Of a stretch of DNA of 64,000 nucleotides, positions 35,991-49,289 are shown piece after piece (positions within the stretch are counted from its first letter, which is position 1; each line of letters starts with the position of its first letter). The notes beneath the pieces are model-generated. The model was not told the DNA's origin, did no database searches, and saw nothing but the letters and a program-made list of their open reading frames with translations. The position numbers and the translations under genes are program-made. The stretch covers positions 7,998,001 through 8,062,000 of the forward strand of contig OZ234494.1 of assembly GCA_965153455.1 (NCBI GenBank), read 5' to 3'. This DNA is from Sphagnum compactum (taxonomy: Eukaryota).

Positions 35991-38900
35991 ACCCATTGCA
36001 AGGAAGATCCATGGAATACCAAATTTAAAGCCATGGATAAATATGTTAAATTGGTGATATTTCAATTGATATTTTTGGTAATGCCATGTGTATTGTATGC
36101 TACTTTATACAATTGGAAATATATATTTTTGATAGTTACAAAATAATTAATGTATTTACAAAGATAATTAAGTTATCATCCATTAATTGGTGTAAACAAT
36201 ACTAGATGAAATATGTCAATTTTTTGTCTACATTTTCAACTAGAAGTCTAGTAGTTGTAACATGTAGTTTCAAATACAACTAAAAGGTGGATGCACCCAT
36301 ACTCAAGTCGCATATGCAACTATGTATATTTTCAACTACATGGACATATGGGATTAACACACACATTAGTCAAACTCAAATGGTTTAGACAACAATTACA
36401 TAATAGTTGCAAAAACTTAGTTGGAATGGATAAGATTTCTTCTATTGTTTGCACATTTGAGGGCTCCCTTATGACAAGTTCAAAGGAGTGTTGGCTAATT
36501 TTGGGTTTTTAGCAACTTCAGGGTCAATTTTTTAAATCCATGGGTCTTTATGATGAAAAAGACCCATCATAAGACCTACCCCATGATAGTTAGGTGACAA
36601 AAGTAAATGGAATGGGGAAATTATTTGTAACATGCCTTTAACCTTTGGAGTTAGCAAAACTCCTAATAAACAATTCTTTTCACATCCAATAGAAAAGAGA
36701 ATCAAGAATAGCAAATATTAGATATTTTGCCAAACACCACAAATATATGACACAAATTAGTACTATGTATAAAACAATCAAATCAAGCTAATTATTACTT
36801 AATGGAATTGGTCCAATTTACATATTCTAAAGGCTAAAGCTTGCCATTGGGGATGTTATGTGTAAGGTAATGCCTGAGGAGGAGTGGGGTGTTCCTCACA
36901 TTAGTGCATGCCTGAACTCGAACCAAAGGGTGCTTATTCCAAGAACAACCTGCTACTCTTTGAAAAATAACTTTCATAAAGCACTAAATGATACCCACTT
37001 TATATCTATTGGGTATAACAAATAAAAAAGGAAGCCAAATGTTTACCAAAGTGGGTGGGTTTTTTGCTTTTCAAAATCCTTGCCCTGTGCCAAGGAGAGA
37101 TTCCACTAAAGAAGGTGCCATCCAAATGTGACCTGAAAGGAAGTGAGCTAGATAATATTTTAGTGTGAACATAACAAGTTTTTAGGGTTTTAAATTTTGT
37201 TTTCAATGACCGTCAACTTTTTACGTGTTAACGACAGAAATTATTCCATCACTATTTGTTTCTCTAAGATAATTATAGCAATAACAACTTCAAGAAAGCT
37301 TCTAAGGATGGGTAGGAGAATTTGTTTATTTGTGTATTATGCAGAACTTATCAGCACAAAGTTATGGATGGCTGAAGAAGGTGTGACATTGAAAGGAGGC
37401 TTGGAGCTTTGGACGGTGGAAGGCAAGATAAGAAGGGGAATTCGGAAGCAATGCGGGCAAGTTTTTTTTCTTGCATAATCAATCTCAGGAGATAGTGGGT
37501 TTTTCTTGTTTTGATTGGTAGTTGTTGTATTTGGTTTCTGTTGCACCAATAATTACACTATGGTAAACAATGTATTCTTTGTAAGAATGTTTTCTATAAG
37601 GGGTTGATGCTAATGATTGATGACAAAAAGGGAGGAAGTTCGAACTGTAGTTAAAAGGGCATGTAGAGGATCACTATGCATTCATTGAATGTTATAAATA
37701 CTTGCTAAGTTTTTCTTTAATCCATGTCATAGGTTGGGTATTTGAGTGAACACTAAAAGCCTCAATTGGGATGTCCTTGGGTTGGGCAGAATGAAAGAAA
37801 TGAAAATAGAATTGGGAAGTTAATAGAGACATATTTGTAGTCCAAATTTGCACAAATATCTGCCACTCCTGAGTGGTTTTAATCAACCTAATGTATGTCA
37901 CTAGTACTTGGGTTTAAACATTGAGTTCAAGAGTATCTGTTTTTCAGTTGGGGAATTCAATGTTTTTTTACATTGTTGCATTTGTTGGAGATGGGTTAGC
38001 AACTCACATGGACTGACCGAACAATGAGGGTTCTAACCTCAAGCTATACCTCAATAGATTTAGATTTTTGAACATCTATGTATGGTTTTGTATATGGTCC
38101 AAACAATTAGCTGCTATTATGTCAAGTTAGGGAGCAAACACCATGTGTGTATCAGTTGGCAATTGACACATGGAACATTGAATTTTGTTCTAATAAGTTT
38201 GCAACAATAGTGGAATTTTGGTAACACTGGGTCTGTAGCCTCGGCGATGTAATTTGCTGGAATTAATGGTGTTTGGATTTCCAAAAGTGGTGTTTCTACT
38301 ACGAGTTATTTTTGCACAAGAGTGTCTTTTTTCTACACCTTTCTTTTGGTTACACCAATACATTCAAAAAATCTACTTGTGTTTTATGGTTGTAGCCCCT
38401 AAGACTTTAAAGATGAAGTGAACAATTAAAACCCACCACTTATGGCCAAGATTCGGGAGTTCCAAGTTCAATAATTAGGTGTTTGTTGGTAAAATATGAA
38501 TTTTTCCTAGTGCATAATGCACATTGGTTTTGTGGTGTTGTGTGTGAAAACTTTCATTTGGTTTTGATTGTGAAGCTTCAAACTTCAAGCATGAAGCATA
38601 TTGTTGTTCATTTGTTCACATGTTGTTTTCTAATTGTGAAACTATGAGTCATGAGTGTGCAACATGTTAGAGTTTCAAAAGGTGACAATGTAAAGTCTAA
38701 TGATGTTTGGGAGATGGGATTTTATAAGGTGATGCCATGATGGATGGCCAATTCAACTTGATGTCAATTCTAAAATCTACAAGGTTTTGAATTTTTCTTC
38801 AAATTGAACTTCTATAAAGTGTTTTAATTTTTGACTTCAAATCAATAGCCTTTTGTGAAGTGCATGAATCATCTAGGTTTTTTTTCAATTTGAGGGCTTT

Positions 38901-39949
38901 ACATTTTTCTCTTATTTTCTTGTGTTTGTTTCAAATGTGGGCTTCTGTTTGAAGTGTGTTGTGTTCTCAATTGTAAAACTATTCCACTTTTTTTGTTTCA
39001 AACTTTCATGGCACCATTAAAACCTATTGCAAATTTTAGGTGTAAGGTTTCTTTTTGGTTTTTAGCTTCTTACTTTTCTCGCTAGCCTTTTGCTCTTGTT
39101 TTGTATCCCCTTGAATCTAATCATGCTTGTTTTGTTTCTATTGATGTTGATCCAAATGGGGCAAAAACATCCTTGGGTGGACCATTAGGAATCACCTCAA
39201 ATAATGGTTAAAAAATCAAAAACACACAAATCAGTTTTTTGGGCCTTTTGTTTAAAATGTTTTCACAACTATAGATTTTTTTTTCTCATGTTTATCAATT
39301 GCATGCACTAATATATGGCTTGAAGTTATTTTCGAATTTAAAAAATTGAAAATTTGTTAAAATTTTGTTTTCCTAATTAAAATGGCCCTTTCAGAAATTG
39401 ATAGCCTTAACTTTGGAAATTCACAACTAAATTATACTTACTCAATTAATTGCTTAATAAAAACTTTAAAATAGAATGACTTCCAAATTACCTTAGGAAA
39501 TAAATTCCCAAGAAAATTTTCAATCATATTTCAAATTTGTGTTCCTAACTGAAAAGTTCAAGGAAAGGTGGCCATCGTTACATTCCTGAAAGTTTTTCTA
39601 AATGCAATGATTAGGAACATCAAAATACACAATATTCTTGATATTATTAAATTTTCAAAATCAATGGAACTTAATAAATGTACTCATTAAAAAAATAATG
39701 AAATTTTTTATTTAAATGTTTCCTATGATTCTTCAAAGTTCTATGGGTCTAGGAAAATCAAGGTGGAACATTTCTAGTGATCCACCCAAGGACACTTTTG
39801 CCCAAGGATATTTCATCAAATAATTTTCATGCTCCTAATGTTGCTTCATCAAGTAATGCAACTCCTATTATATGCATTTGTTGTGGATTTGGAACAAGAC
39901 TCTAAATCCCCAAAGGCCATTGTGAATAAACGGAAATATGAGTTTGGCT

Positions 39950-41065
39950 CACAAATTTCAAAATGTATGGGTAATGCAATTACCATGGGCAAAATATGTG
40001 GTTGATGGTGACGAGCATGTCACCTTTGTTAGATGCAAAGTTTGTTTTAAAGTTGAAGGTTAAAAGAGGCCTTTGATCCCCAAATTGGATTCTTTGTTGA
40101 AGCATGCAAGGAAAAGCCAAGCTATTGTTGTTATGCCATGGATGAAAGTTGGGAAGAAATGTTATCATGCAAAAAATGAGGTTCAGTATGCCCAAATCCC
40201 TTGTCATTAAATTCAACATCTAACAATAAGAAATTTGTGCAATTTGTTATTATCTTGTCCTTGCTAACCCATGGTAGACCCATGGCAAATTTTGAAAATG
40301 TGAAATTTCTTCTAAATTTGTTGAAGGTGAAGCACTACCCAAAGAAACATCAATGTGATAGTGCAACTTGGGGTATGGTTGAAGTTTTGCATTCCATTAT
40401 CATGTAAGCTACCAAGCTTGCATTGGATAAAGCTAATGTGTTTGCCTTGTCTTGTGCTAAAGTTACTTTAGTTGACAACCCATCTTAGTTGTCAATTCAT
40501 GCACACACTATTAAAAATAAACAAGGTTCCCAATGTTGTTATCCTTGGAATGCATAGTGGAGGCTATAACTAGCCAACTTGACTACAATAATTGTGCAAG
40601 CAATTCGCATCAATGGAGGTAGTCTGGACTTTGATATTATTTCCAAGAAATTGATGTTTTTAAGTGTTGACAAGGTTAGTATATTTTAGGGCTATTGTAT
40701 GAAAGTTAGAATCTAAATCCAGTCTTAGTTTATTCCATTCATGATTGGTGTTCATTGCATGGCACATTGGACAAATTTGGTTGTTTAGACCTTTTCTATT
40801 TTGCTTGTGGTCAATCATTTCAAAATAGTCATGCAATCACTTTTTAAATATTTTTCTAGCTCTCCAAAAAGGCATGATTCAATCATTGGATTTAATGGAG
40901 GATGAAAGAATATTCAATAACTTGAATTTTATCAAATTTTGGTTTCGTAACGACTGAACACTTGGATTTGTGTGTTTGCATGTTTGGGTAGTCTTTTTTT
41001 ACTATGTAGAATTTTCCTTACAATGAAGTTGTGGGGATTTGGCAATCAAAAAAGTGCGATATGCC
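39950..41065 (+). mobile_element. Decayed, internally deleted hAT (ZNF862-like) transposase relic
   Basis: Fragments LPWA..CKVC..KVEG, PKLDSLLKH, KKFVQF..LL.HGRPM..FE, PKKH, ALSC.KVT.VDN, PFMIGVHCMAHWTNL (CxxH motif), YFSSSPKRH and C-terminal HLDLCVCMFG.SFFT..NFPY. Numerous stops. Confidence 0.7.
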
Positions 41066-43654
41066 TCGAATGCTTGAGGAGCTTTAGCTACAACTTATAG
41101 GCTGCCAATGCTCATCAAGTTATTTTGTTTTGTTTTCATTGTCTATAGAATGCAAATGTTGAAACTTTGTGGTTTTCTGACTTTTTGTTATTGTATGTGA
41201 GCAAGGAACCAAATATTTTTCATGGACTTATTGGCGCTTTGTTTTCATGATCTCCACTGGTTTGTTGATCAATCTTTTCCAAGGTTCCCTCATTTAAAAT
41301 CTAAATATGTTTTCCAACTTTTTTTAAGAACATTACCAACCCATCAACTTACAAGAGACATTATGTTACAATGTGTACAGTCTTTGATGACTAGGGTTCG
41401 ATTGCCCCATAATATGATTAGGTGAAGCCTTTTAGCAAGTTGTAATCTGCCATGTAGGATGTAGCCAAATTTTCATTGCTAGCTATTTGTTTTTCACCAA
41501 TTTTGAATGTGACCATAGACTTTGGTCGCCAAAAGTATTCTATTGTCACCCAAACATGTTGCCAATAAAATTCACAAAGATGAACATATGTCTGGCCAAA
41601 TTTGCAATGTCAAAAAAAAATGGTTTTATTTTCCTTCGCAGCCTTCACATTTTAGCAAAATGCCCAATCCTTTCCTTCCCAAGGTTGCAAACTGTGCAAC
41701 TTTTCAAAATACAAAAGAAAACCATGGGCACACTGCACATATCTTGCACTCCCTCAACTCACATCCATAACAGACCCAACAGAGCTGAAACTTCAACATT
41801 TCAGGTCCATTAAGAAATTTGAGACTTTGCATGACTATCATAAATTCATGACACCAGAAGTCATAAAAAAATCGGATAGTGCCTGAGATGAAGGGGTGTG
41901 GGTTATTTCTTTATTGCTCTCTCTACCCTCTCCAGAGCCTCTTCAGAGGACAGAGACAAAATAAGATCATTGCCTCCAATTCTTCTGTGTAGACACAATT
42001 TCCAGGCGTACACTGCAAGAAGGTCTTGTATTGTCGGAGGAATATATTGTATTGCACCTCATGAAAGACCATTTTTGGTATCTTGAGAACATCTGACCCC
42101 TGCTCAGATCTGGCCCATTAACATCAGTATTTGAGTAGAGAGGGTGCAGGCACAATACTGAGAAGGACCTGGAGATGTCAATTATACAAGCTAATGGGTG
42201 TCCATCCCCACCCACAAGAAAAGGGAAGTAAAGCAAGAGGTCAGTACATTGCAAGCAAAGAGCACACAAGAGGTTACAGATAGATTTTTGTCCGTGGTAG
42301 AGAACAGACAGACTAGCTTCCACCACCTGAGAAACTTTGGTTGCCAATTAAAGACTAGAGAGAGACAGCTGATGTTGCCCTGGTAGTTGTGAAGTCCACT
42401 TTACTTGTTCCTTCCCAATTGACACAAAGATGCACTTGGATACGGAAACAGGTGAAATTCCATGGTCAGAATAGCCAGTTCCCAGCCACAACCTTACAAT
42501 CAACAGTTATGGTCTCACTAGGCAGAACTCAAATCATGCCTCCATTAGTTGAGACAATACATTGATGATGTATGCAGCAGAACAAGCTCCAATGCTGAAT
42601 GTCAAGTTCATGTTTGAGCACTCATGCTAAAGGTCCATATCATCTTCACCAAAGACAGCCTTTAACTGGTCCAACGAGCACAGAACAGCAATAAAAACAC
42701 TTCCAGAGTAGTCTCTGCGGAAATGCTAGGACACAACATAAAAGAGTCCTCAGAGTGCAGCCAGTGAGTAGAGTACATACCAAACCAAAATTCTACCTAG
42801 CCACATGCAACTGTGAACTGCCCACATACATTTGTGATAACTCCTCTTGCTTTCTCATCATCTCTTCACTCCTTCCACCACACTCCCTCTCTTCCTGGAC
42901 ATCAACCCTTTGCTGAGACAGGGACATCCCTTTGAACTCTAGGAACTCCAGAGTGAGCTGAGAACCATATGGATTCCTCCAGTACGAAACTTATGACCCC
43001 AAAAAAGTACATGTTTACAGCAAAATTCCTGAACTCCTTGAAGTGATCAATAAGCAGTGTCAAATTCAAGTTTATTCCACATTAGAGATCCAAATGAGTA
43101 TCATCAGTTAACTAACACCATGTACAGTGAGAAACTCAGTTCACAAAAAAAACACTACTCTCAAATTGCTACAAAACTAAGAACATGTTTCCAGTTTGAT
43201 ACCTCAAATGCTAGATGGGTTTGCACAGTTTCATATCTAAAATCCTAGATGGGTGTACACAGTTTCATACCTAAAATGCTTGATGGGTGCGCACGCACAC
43301 ACCCTTGACTTATTTAGTGATCACAAATTGACAAAGTTCACAAGCAGTTCACAAAGCAGGTTCTGAGATTTTGAAGCCTCTTGCAGCTCCTCTGTCTTGT
43401 ACCACAGAGTCACAATTGGAAACATTAACTGGCTACAGTTGCTCATAGTGATATAGTGGGCCACCAGCAGCAAAGGATTGGTGAAGAGACATGCTGCTGT
43501 CAGGCACTTTGGGTTGAAGTACTTGTGCATGCTTGATTCTGCTGCACTCATGATCATCCAAGAAACTGCAAGTACAAAGAAAAACTTGCACATTTTTTTT
43601 TTTAACAAGTAAACTCAAATCCTGTTGTTGGATTGAACAACAGTCCAGAAGCAC

Positions 43655-46172
43655 CTATCCAAGGCTGTTGGTGAAGTTGAGGGAAACAGGGTTGAGTGTT
43701 GGATTGGCATTATTGGAGTTTCGCACCCAACATTGCTTGCGGATCTGACCTTGAGTCCCTGTGAGTACACCAATCCTACCCATCTTGCGCAAAGAGATTC
43801 CAAATTGCTCAAAAAATGCTTCCTGATTGCTAGCAAAGTGTTCCACCAGTTTTCTTGTGTCTGCGTCATTGAAGAGAGACATATCTGATGTGAATAGACA
43901 TAGCTTCTTCTTGAGGTTTTCGAAGTACTGGTTGTCAAACTTGAGTGGTGTGACTGGGTCATTGAAAAACTGAGTATTGTTGTCATAGTTGGGTAGTCGG
44001 ATAGCTCCATTGTCAGTGCAGTTAGCAAGAAGCTCTTGACCGAAGTACTTGGGGTACTCAGGGTCGATGCGTGGATGGATTCGATTGATGATGCTGCTAC
44101 AGTGACTCTGTCCAATTGTGTGCGCACCTACAAAATCCACACAAGAGGTAGGATATCTTTCAATTAGGCTGTTGTGATCACAGATTCTTTCATCACAGTA
44201 AATTTTCATTACATATTTTTAACTAGTTCTGCTCACAATCATCTCACAACTCTACCAGTCAAGCATTTAACAATTGCAAGAGCAGTGAGGATTGTGAGTT
44301 AAATTGTGATTCACCATACAATGACATCTGTTTTTTTTTCATGAGAATATGTGTTCCAGAACTCTTAACATGATTTATTAAGTAAAGACCTGGCCCAGTT
44401 TAACTACACTAAACTGGGCAGGCGTTTCAGCATGGAATTTCCCTCTGACATCTTGGGAAGGAATTTCACACCTCCCACGCGAGATTTCATTTCTCCATCC
44501 CCTTATGTGAGGTTTTCCTCATTTTTCATTATGGTCTTTGGACAGCTTCTTGTTTTTCATTGTGATTTTTACATGACTTCTCATTTTTCATTGCAGTCTT
44601 TACGCTGTGAAAAGCCCATGGACTGGGGCTTTATGAAAATTTGGGACTTTGTTAGCTCCCGCCTCAAGGCCCCTTATTTCCTAAAGTCCCTCCACATATA
44701 TTCAATGCAGTTGCAACTCTCCAATGAAAAGCAACTGTCTTTCCAGCAAGAAAGAATGCCCTATGACAGTGGCTTCCCATGGCGTAACTGTGATCACAGC
44801 AACCTAATGGAAAGAGACCCTTAGGGTCATTCATGCAGCAGTTTAGAATCTGAAACCTAGTGTCACAAGCAGTTGCAGTCAGTCCCATTGCAACTAGATC
44901 GAAGATTTGAGGGAACGCAAAGTGTTAGATTCTTTTGAATCACCCAAATGCACATCTGCAGCATCCGAGCTTTTGCCTCCTGATGAGGGCCACTGTGTCC
45001 CTGCTGCAAGATACGGGTGAGAGATGGGTGAGATGGAAGATGGGTAAGAGATGGGTGAGGACGATGAATGGGATCACGCACCCGAAAGAACAACCAAGTC
45101 GAGGAGATTGAGACCCACGACGTGGAAGTCTTCGAGCAAGCCCGAGATGTTGAGACTGAAAGCAGGCAGAAATGTTTCGGAGCTTGCGGCATACGAAGTA
45201 AGGCCATCCCTGCGTCCGAGTTCAATCTCATACAATGGTCCTCCCGCCTGCAGGTCGAATCACATACACGGAGGAGTTACCTCCTCTACTGTCAACAACG
45301 CTATTCTCCCGGAAACACGCACTTCTCTAGCTAGCATAAAGGACGACGTTCAGATACTCTATGTGAGTTCTGGAGCTACGAAAGATGATCAAGCTGCAGC
45401 ACCCGGTTTGTTGCAGACGGCATTACGGCTGTGACTGCTGCAGCACCACTGGTGTTGTTCTGAGCTCATTCTGCATTCAGACGGAATGTGGGTGGATGGG
45501 TGGGTAGTATCCTACCTGCTTGACGGAGTAGACAGCGACCAAGGCAAGCACATCTGCGCAGGAGACGACACCCGGGCACTCTTGCTCCAGCTGCTGCTTG
45601 ATCTCGTCGATGACGAAGAAGCTGCCGAGACTGAAGTTGACGGCGGCGTCTTTCTCTGCCTGGTTCACATCCGTCGAGTTCAACAGCACCGACGCATCAC
45701 ACCCTCCCACGAAGCAGTCGTGGAAAAACAAGCGCAACTGAGGCCCCGCACTGGTAGGATCCAACTCAAATTCTGTCGCCACCACTTTCTGCACTACCTC
45801 GTGCAGCTGCGGACATTCGTTCTTGTAAAAGTCCACTTTCAAAGCAGCAGCAGCTGGAGACGACGTCGGATCCGAACGACGACCTGAGTCAGAAACAACA
45901 AAGTCAACAAAGTCCTCCTCCGCAGCAGCAGGAAGAGGCGCAGTTCGTCGCTGCTGGGAAGCCGTCGATGCTGATCTACTGGGAACGACAACTCTAAAGT
46001 GAGCTTCCGTCACGTCCAACCACAAAACCATCAACAAAAGACAAGGAACATAAAAATCGAACACAACCCGAGACCTAGTACTGCATTTATCGTCACCACC
46101 GACTCCCTTAAAAAATGGTTTTAAACGACGCGTGTTGTGCTGCAGCGACGACGACGACGACGACGACTTCAT
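43655..46172 (-). CDS. Class III secretory heme peroxidase, paralog 2; exons 46172-45516, 45247-45082, 44127-43655 (431 aa)
   Basis: Same motifs as paralog 1 (RLFFHDCFVGGCDAS, VSCAD, GAHTIGQSHC, TPLKFDNQYF). Both introns are GT-AG, at identical positions, with a 166-bp middle exon. The ORF-track start at 46247 is TTG; the first ATG is at 46172. Confidence 0.95.
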
Positions 46173-48406
46173 TGTCGCAGCAGCTACTCTACTGTGCTGC
46201 AGCAAGCAACTCGCAATCCAATAGCAAAAAAAATTCCAAAACTTCAAAGGAAGCTTTTGTGCAGACTATGTTTTTACTTTTTCTTGTTCTTTTCTTTTCT
46301 TTTGGATTCTGAGCTTGACGGTCCAAGGGAAGGCTTGTAATACAAACGAAAGACAAGAACTACAAAGCAGAACTCATGTCCGTTTGCTGTCGCTCTCAAG
46401 ACTCTGTGTGTGTGTGTGTGTGTGTCTCTCTCTCTCTCTCTCTCGTGAGGCTGACGATGGCTGAGTTCATCGAGAACTTGCAAACGAAAGCTCCTTGGGG
46501 GGACGTTGGTGGGCGTCATCATCAGCAGGGATTGCAACGCGAGCGAGCGAGCGAGAGACAGCGAGCGAGCGGGCTGCCGGCGCAGGGGAAAAGGAGCTCG
46601 GTTGATGGGGGGAAATGATGATGGTCCTATAACTGCGCACTTATTTGCTGGGGAGGGCAGTCTGCACGTACATGCAACCGGCAAAATTTCTTTTTTCTTT
46701 TTTTCCCAATTTTGTAATGTAGCAACCTAACTGGCGATCAATCACAGCAAGATTTTAGCCAAATATATGGCTATTTAATAGATTTGAAAGCAAAATCTAA
46801 AAAGAATCAATCCTTCACGTTTTTTGATACCGATGTGAGAACCCAACACACAAATCTGGCGATTAATCCCAAAAGAATTCTCAAATTCTGGCGACTACAA
46901 AACTGGAAAAACACACACACACACACACACACACATATTTTTAGCCACTTTGAATAAAAATTTAGCCAGGAAAAAAAAAAACCCCCAACAGAAATGAACG
47001 TGTGTGTGTGTGTGTGTGTTTTGGTTTTTCCAAACAGGCTGGTGGGTGTTTTTAGACTTGAATAGGTAGTAAATTTTGTTGCTCTAAGGGGCTTTAACAT
47101 GATATGGGAGAATGATAAATAGGAATTGATGGGATTTTGATAGGTACCATAGTACCTGAACAGATTCAGCATAAATTTTTATTTTATTTTTTTTGCTAAA
47201 TATTTGAAAAATTATTTAGTAATTGTGTCGAATTTCAATAACATCAAAACTTTTACTATCAGGTTTGCATGCAGACCTTCAAGTACTCGGACTATTACTG
47301 GGACAGTCTCGACACACTAGACTGTTCCACAACCTTGAGATTGTTTATTATTTTACATAACCATTATTTGTCAAAATTTTCAAATTTAAAAAATCAAGTG
47401 CTGAAATTAAGATTTAAGATTTAATTACTTATTCAACAGTTTGTTGTCGAAATTGTTTGAGTACTATGATACTCTGCTGGTGATGAAGGTTGCGAAATAT
47501 GTCACATCAAAAGTTTTGGCTCTCCCTCTAAGGGAGAGAGAGAGAGAGATATTACTAAAAGATGTAGTTCTCATTTGGTCCCCTTTCACATTTTGAGAAA
47601 TGTTCATCTTCTTCATCAAGTGTTAGTGCAGGTGTGACCGGAAAGGAAGTGACCACACAGTTTGTCTTTGATGGCCTCTGTAGTGTGAATGCCAAATTCA
47701 TTTTTAAGGGTTTAAGAGTTAAGCCTGCCGTCGACCTTCTTAATGAAGGCGGCGGGATTCATCAATTTGTGGGGTGGGGGTTAGTGACGGTGTGCATGGG
47801 ATGCATGGGGAGGTCTCTCTCTGGGGGTATGGAGTTGGGGTACAGGAGGAAGGTGGCGCGAATGATGGTGAAGAGTGGCGCTGCATTGATGAGCCAAAAT
47901 GGAGGGAATGACGGCGTAGGGAAGCTTGTGATGGAAGCGGAAAGGAGAAACAGAGGCGGCTGGTCGGGGAGGGAGAAAAGCTGTTACTCATGGGTTATCT
48001 CGGGGAATGCAGAGTATGGAGTTCGGTTTTGAGAGGACTTGGCTGGTGGTTAGAACTCTCCGCTGCGCCAGCAACTTGGCCAAGCAGATGATGATGCACA
48101 TCTGAAGGGCTAGGCCTCGGTAGGAATCGGAACGGTGAGGAGCATTCTAGAGATCAGGAAGCTTGTACTCTCTGGCAAGTTTTGTAATGCGAAATGTGAG
48201 CGTTGGTTTCTGCGATTCTGTTTTGCCGATTTGTGTGCGTAGAAGCTGTGTCTGATCTTTGATCAGAGAGTGCAGACAGGAATACCCAGTGACGAAGTAT
48301 AAAGGAAAGGATCAGTGGTCGTGTTTGTCCAGGAGCTCAACAATTGCAATGTTGCTTAGATCATTACAGTAGATCAGGGTGTTGTTTGTTTCTGCACCCT
48401 CTCTTT

Positions 48407-48418
48407 TGGTATCAGAGC
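48407..48418 (+). other. Primer binding site (initiator Met tRNA) of element A
   Basis: TGGTATCAGAGC. Confidence 0.9.
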
Positions 48419-48483
48419 TTGTTCAGATCTGGTAGTTTCCGTAGAAACTGTAGATATTTAGATATAATGATAATTGAAGCAGC

Positions 48484-48955
48484 ATGTCTTCACCTAATGC
48501 AGATGAGGGAGGTGTAGAAGAGTTGACACGAGAGATTCGGGAACAACGGATCATCAATAGGTTTGATTTTCTGACTGGGCAAAACGGACCACAGAGAGGA
48601 GCCGTGATCCTTCGTTTTCTGGGTTTTGGAGTAGTAATTCTTGTAGGAATAGACCCTGAGGAAGCCCGAGTTGGAGATATAGCAGTAGAAGTAGCTCATA
48701 GTGGTTTTTACACTCGCGCTCAAGTTTGGTTGAAGGTGACGAATGGAGCAAGGGGGTGGGCGTCAACCTCAATTCTACAGACACCATACTACTACACTTC
48801 CTACCTTGCGTAGGGTAACGCCTTTATTTGCTGAAAGGCAGCGTAGTGTGCCTAGGATAGGAGATATTTGGATACCCAAGATTGCTGCATCTCCTAACCA
48901 TTTTGTTAGATTATACATTCCTGGTGTGGAAGATTTGTTTCAGGTGGGAGATTGA
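48484..48955 (+). pseudogene. Extra ORF between PBS and gag of element A (~156 aa when repaired), one frameshift
   Basis: ORFs 48484-48813 and 48743-48955 join into one frame if one G is removed from the G-run at ~48752-48756; the span is 472 nt (157 codons + 1). Confidence 0.5.
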
Positions 48956-49289
48956 CTACTCAGAGTGGAACACAGTGGATCAAAATCCCGCCTCATCAGC
49001 TGGAGGATATGGCGCAATTAGGAGGAAGGATGGCAGTTCCAACAAGAGTCCACAGATGAGCAAAGTTTTTCTATTCTTCCATCTAATTTCATACCTTTGA
49101 GACCAGTAGTAGAAGGAGATCAGTCTGAATTCACAGATCGGATCGGATAACATTTGTTCTTCGCAAAACTCAGGTGCGAACAGGATAGAATGTCAGACTG
49201 AACAGATTCGTTGTCGCCTGATTGTGGTCTAAAGACCCGTGTGTTGTATAGAGTGTTGCAATTTTTGTTTGCAGTTAAACTTTTGCAAG

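Noticed and set aside
41880-43050. Possible decayed MULE transposase or RT (YIDD-like word near 42558)
   Set aside because: Only scattered weak motif resemblance across broken frames; not supportable.
44389-44422. Hairpin CCCAGTTT/AAACTGGG in peroxidase 2 intron 2 as a Helitron 3' end
   Set aside because: No CTRR terminus at the expected distance on either strand.
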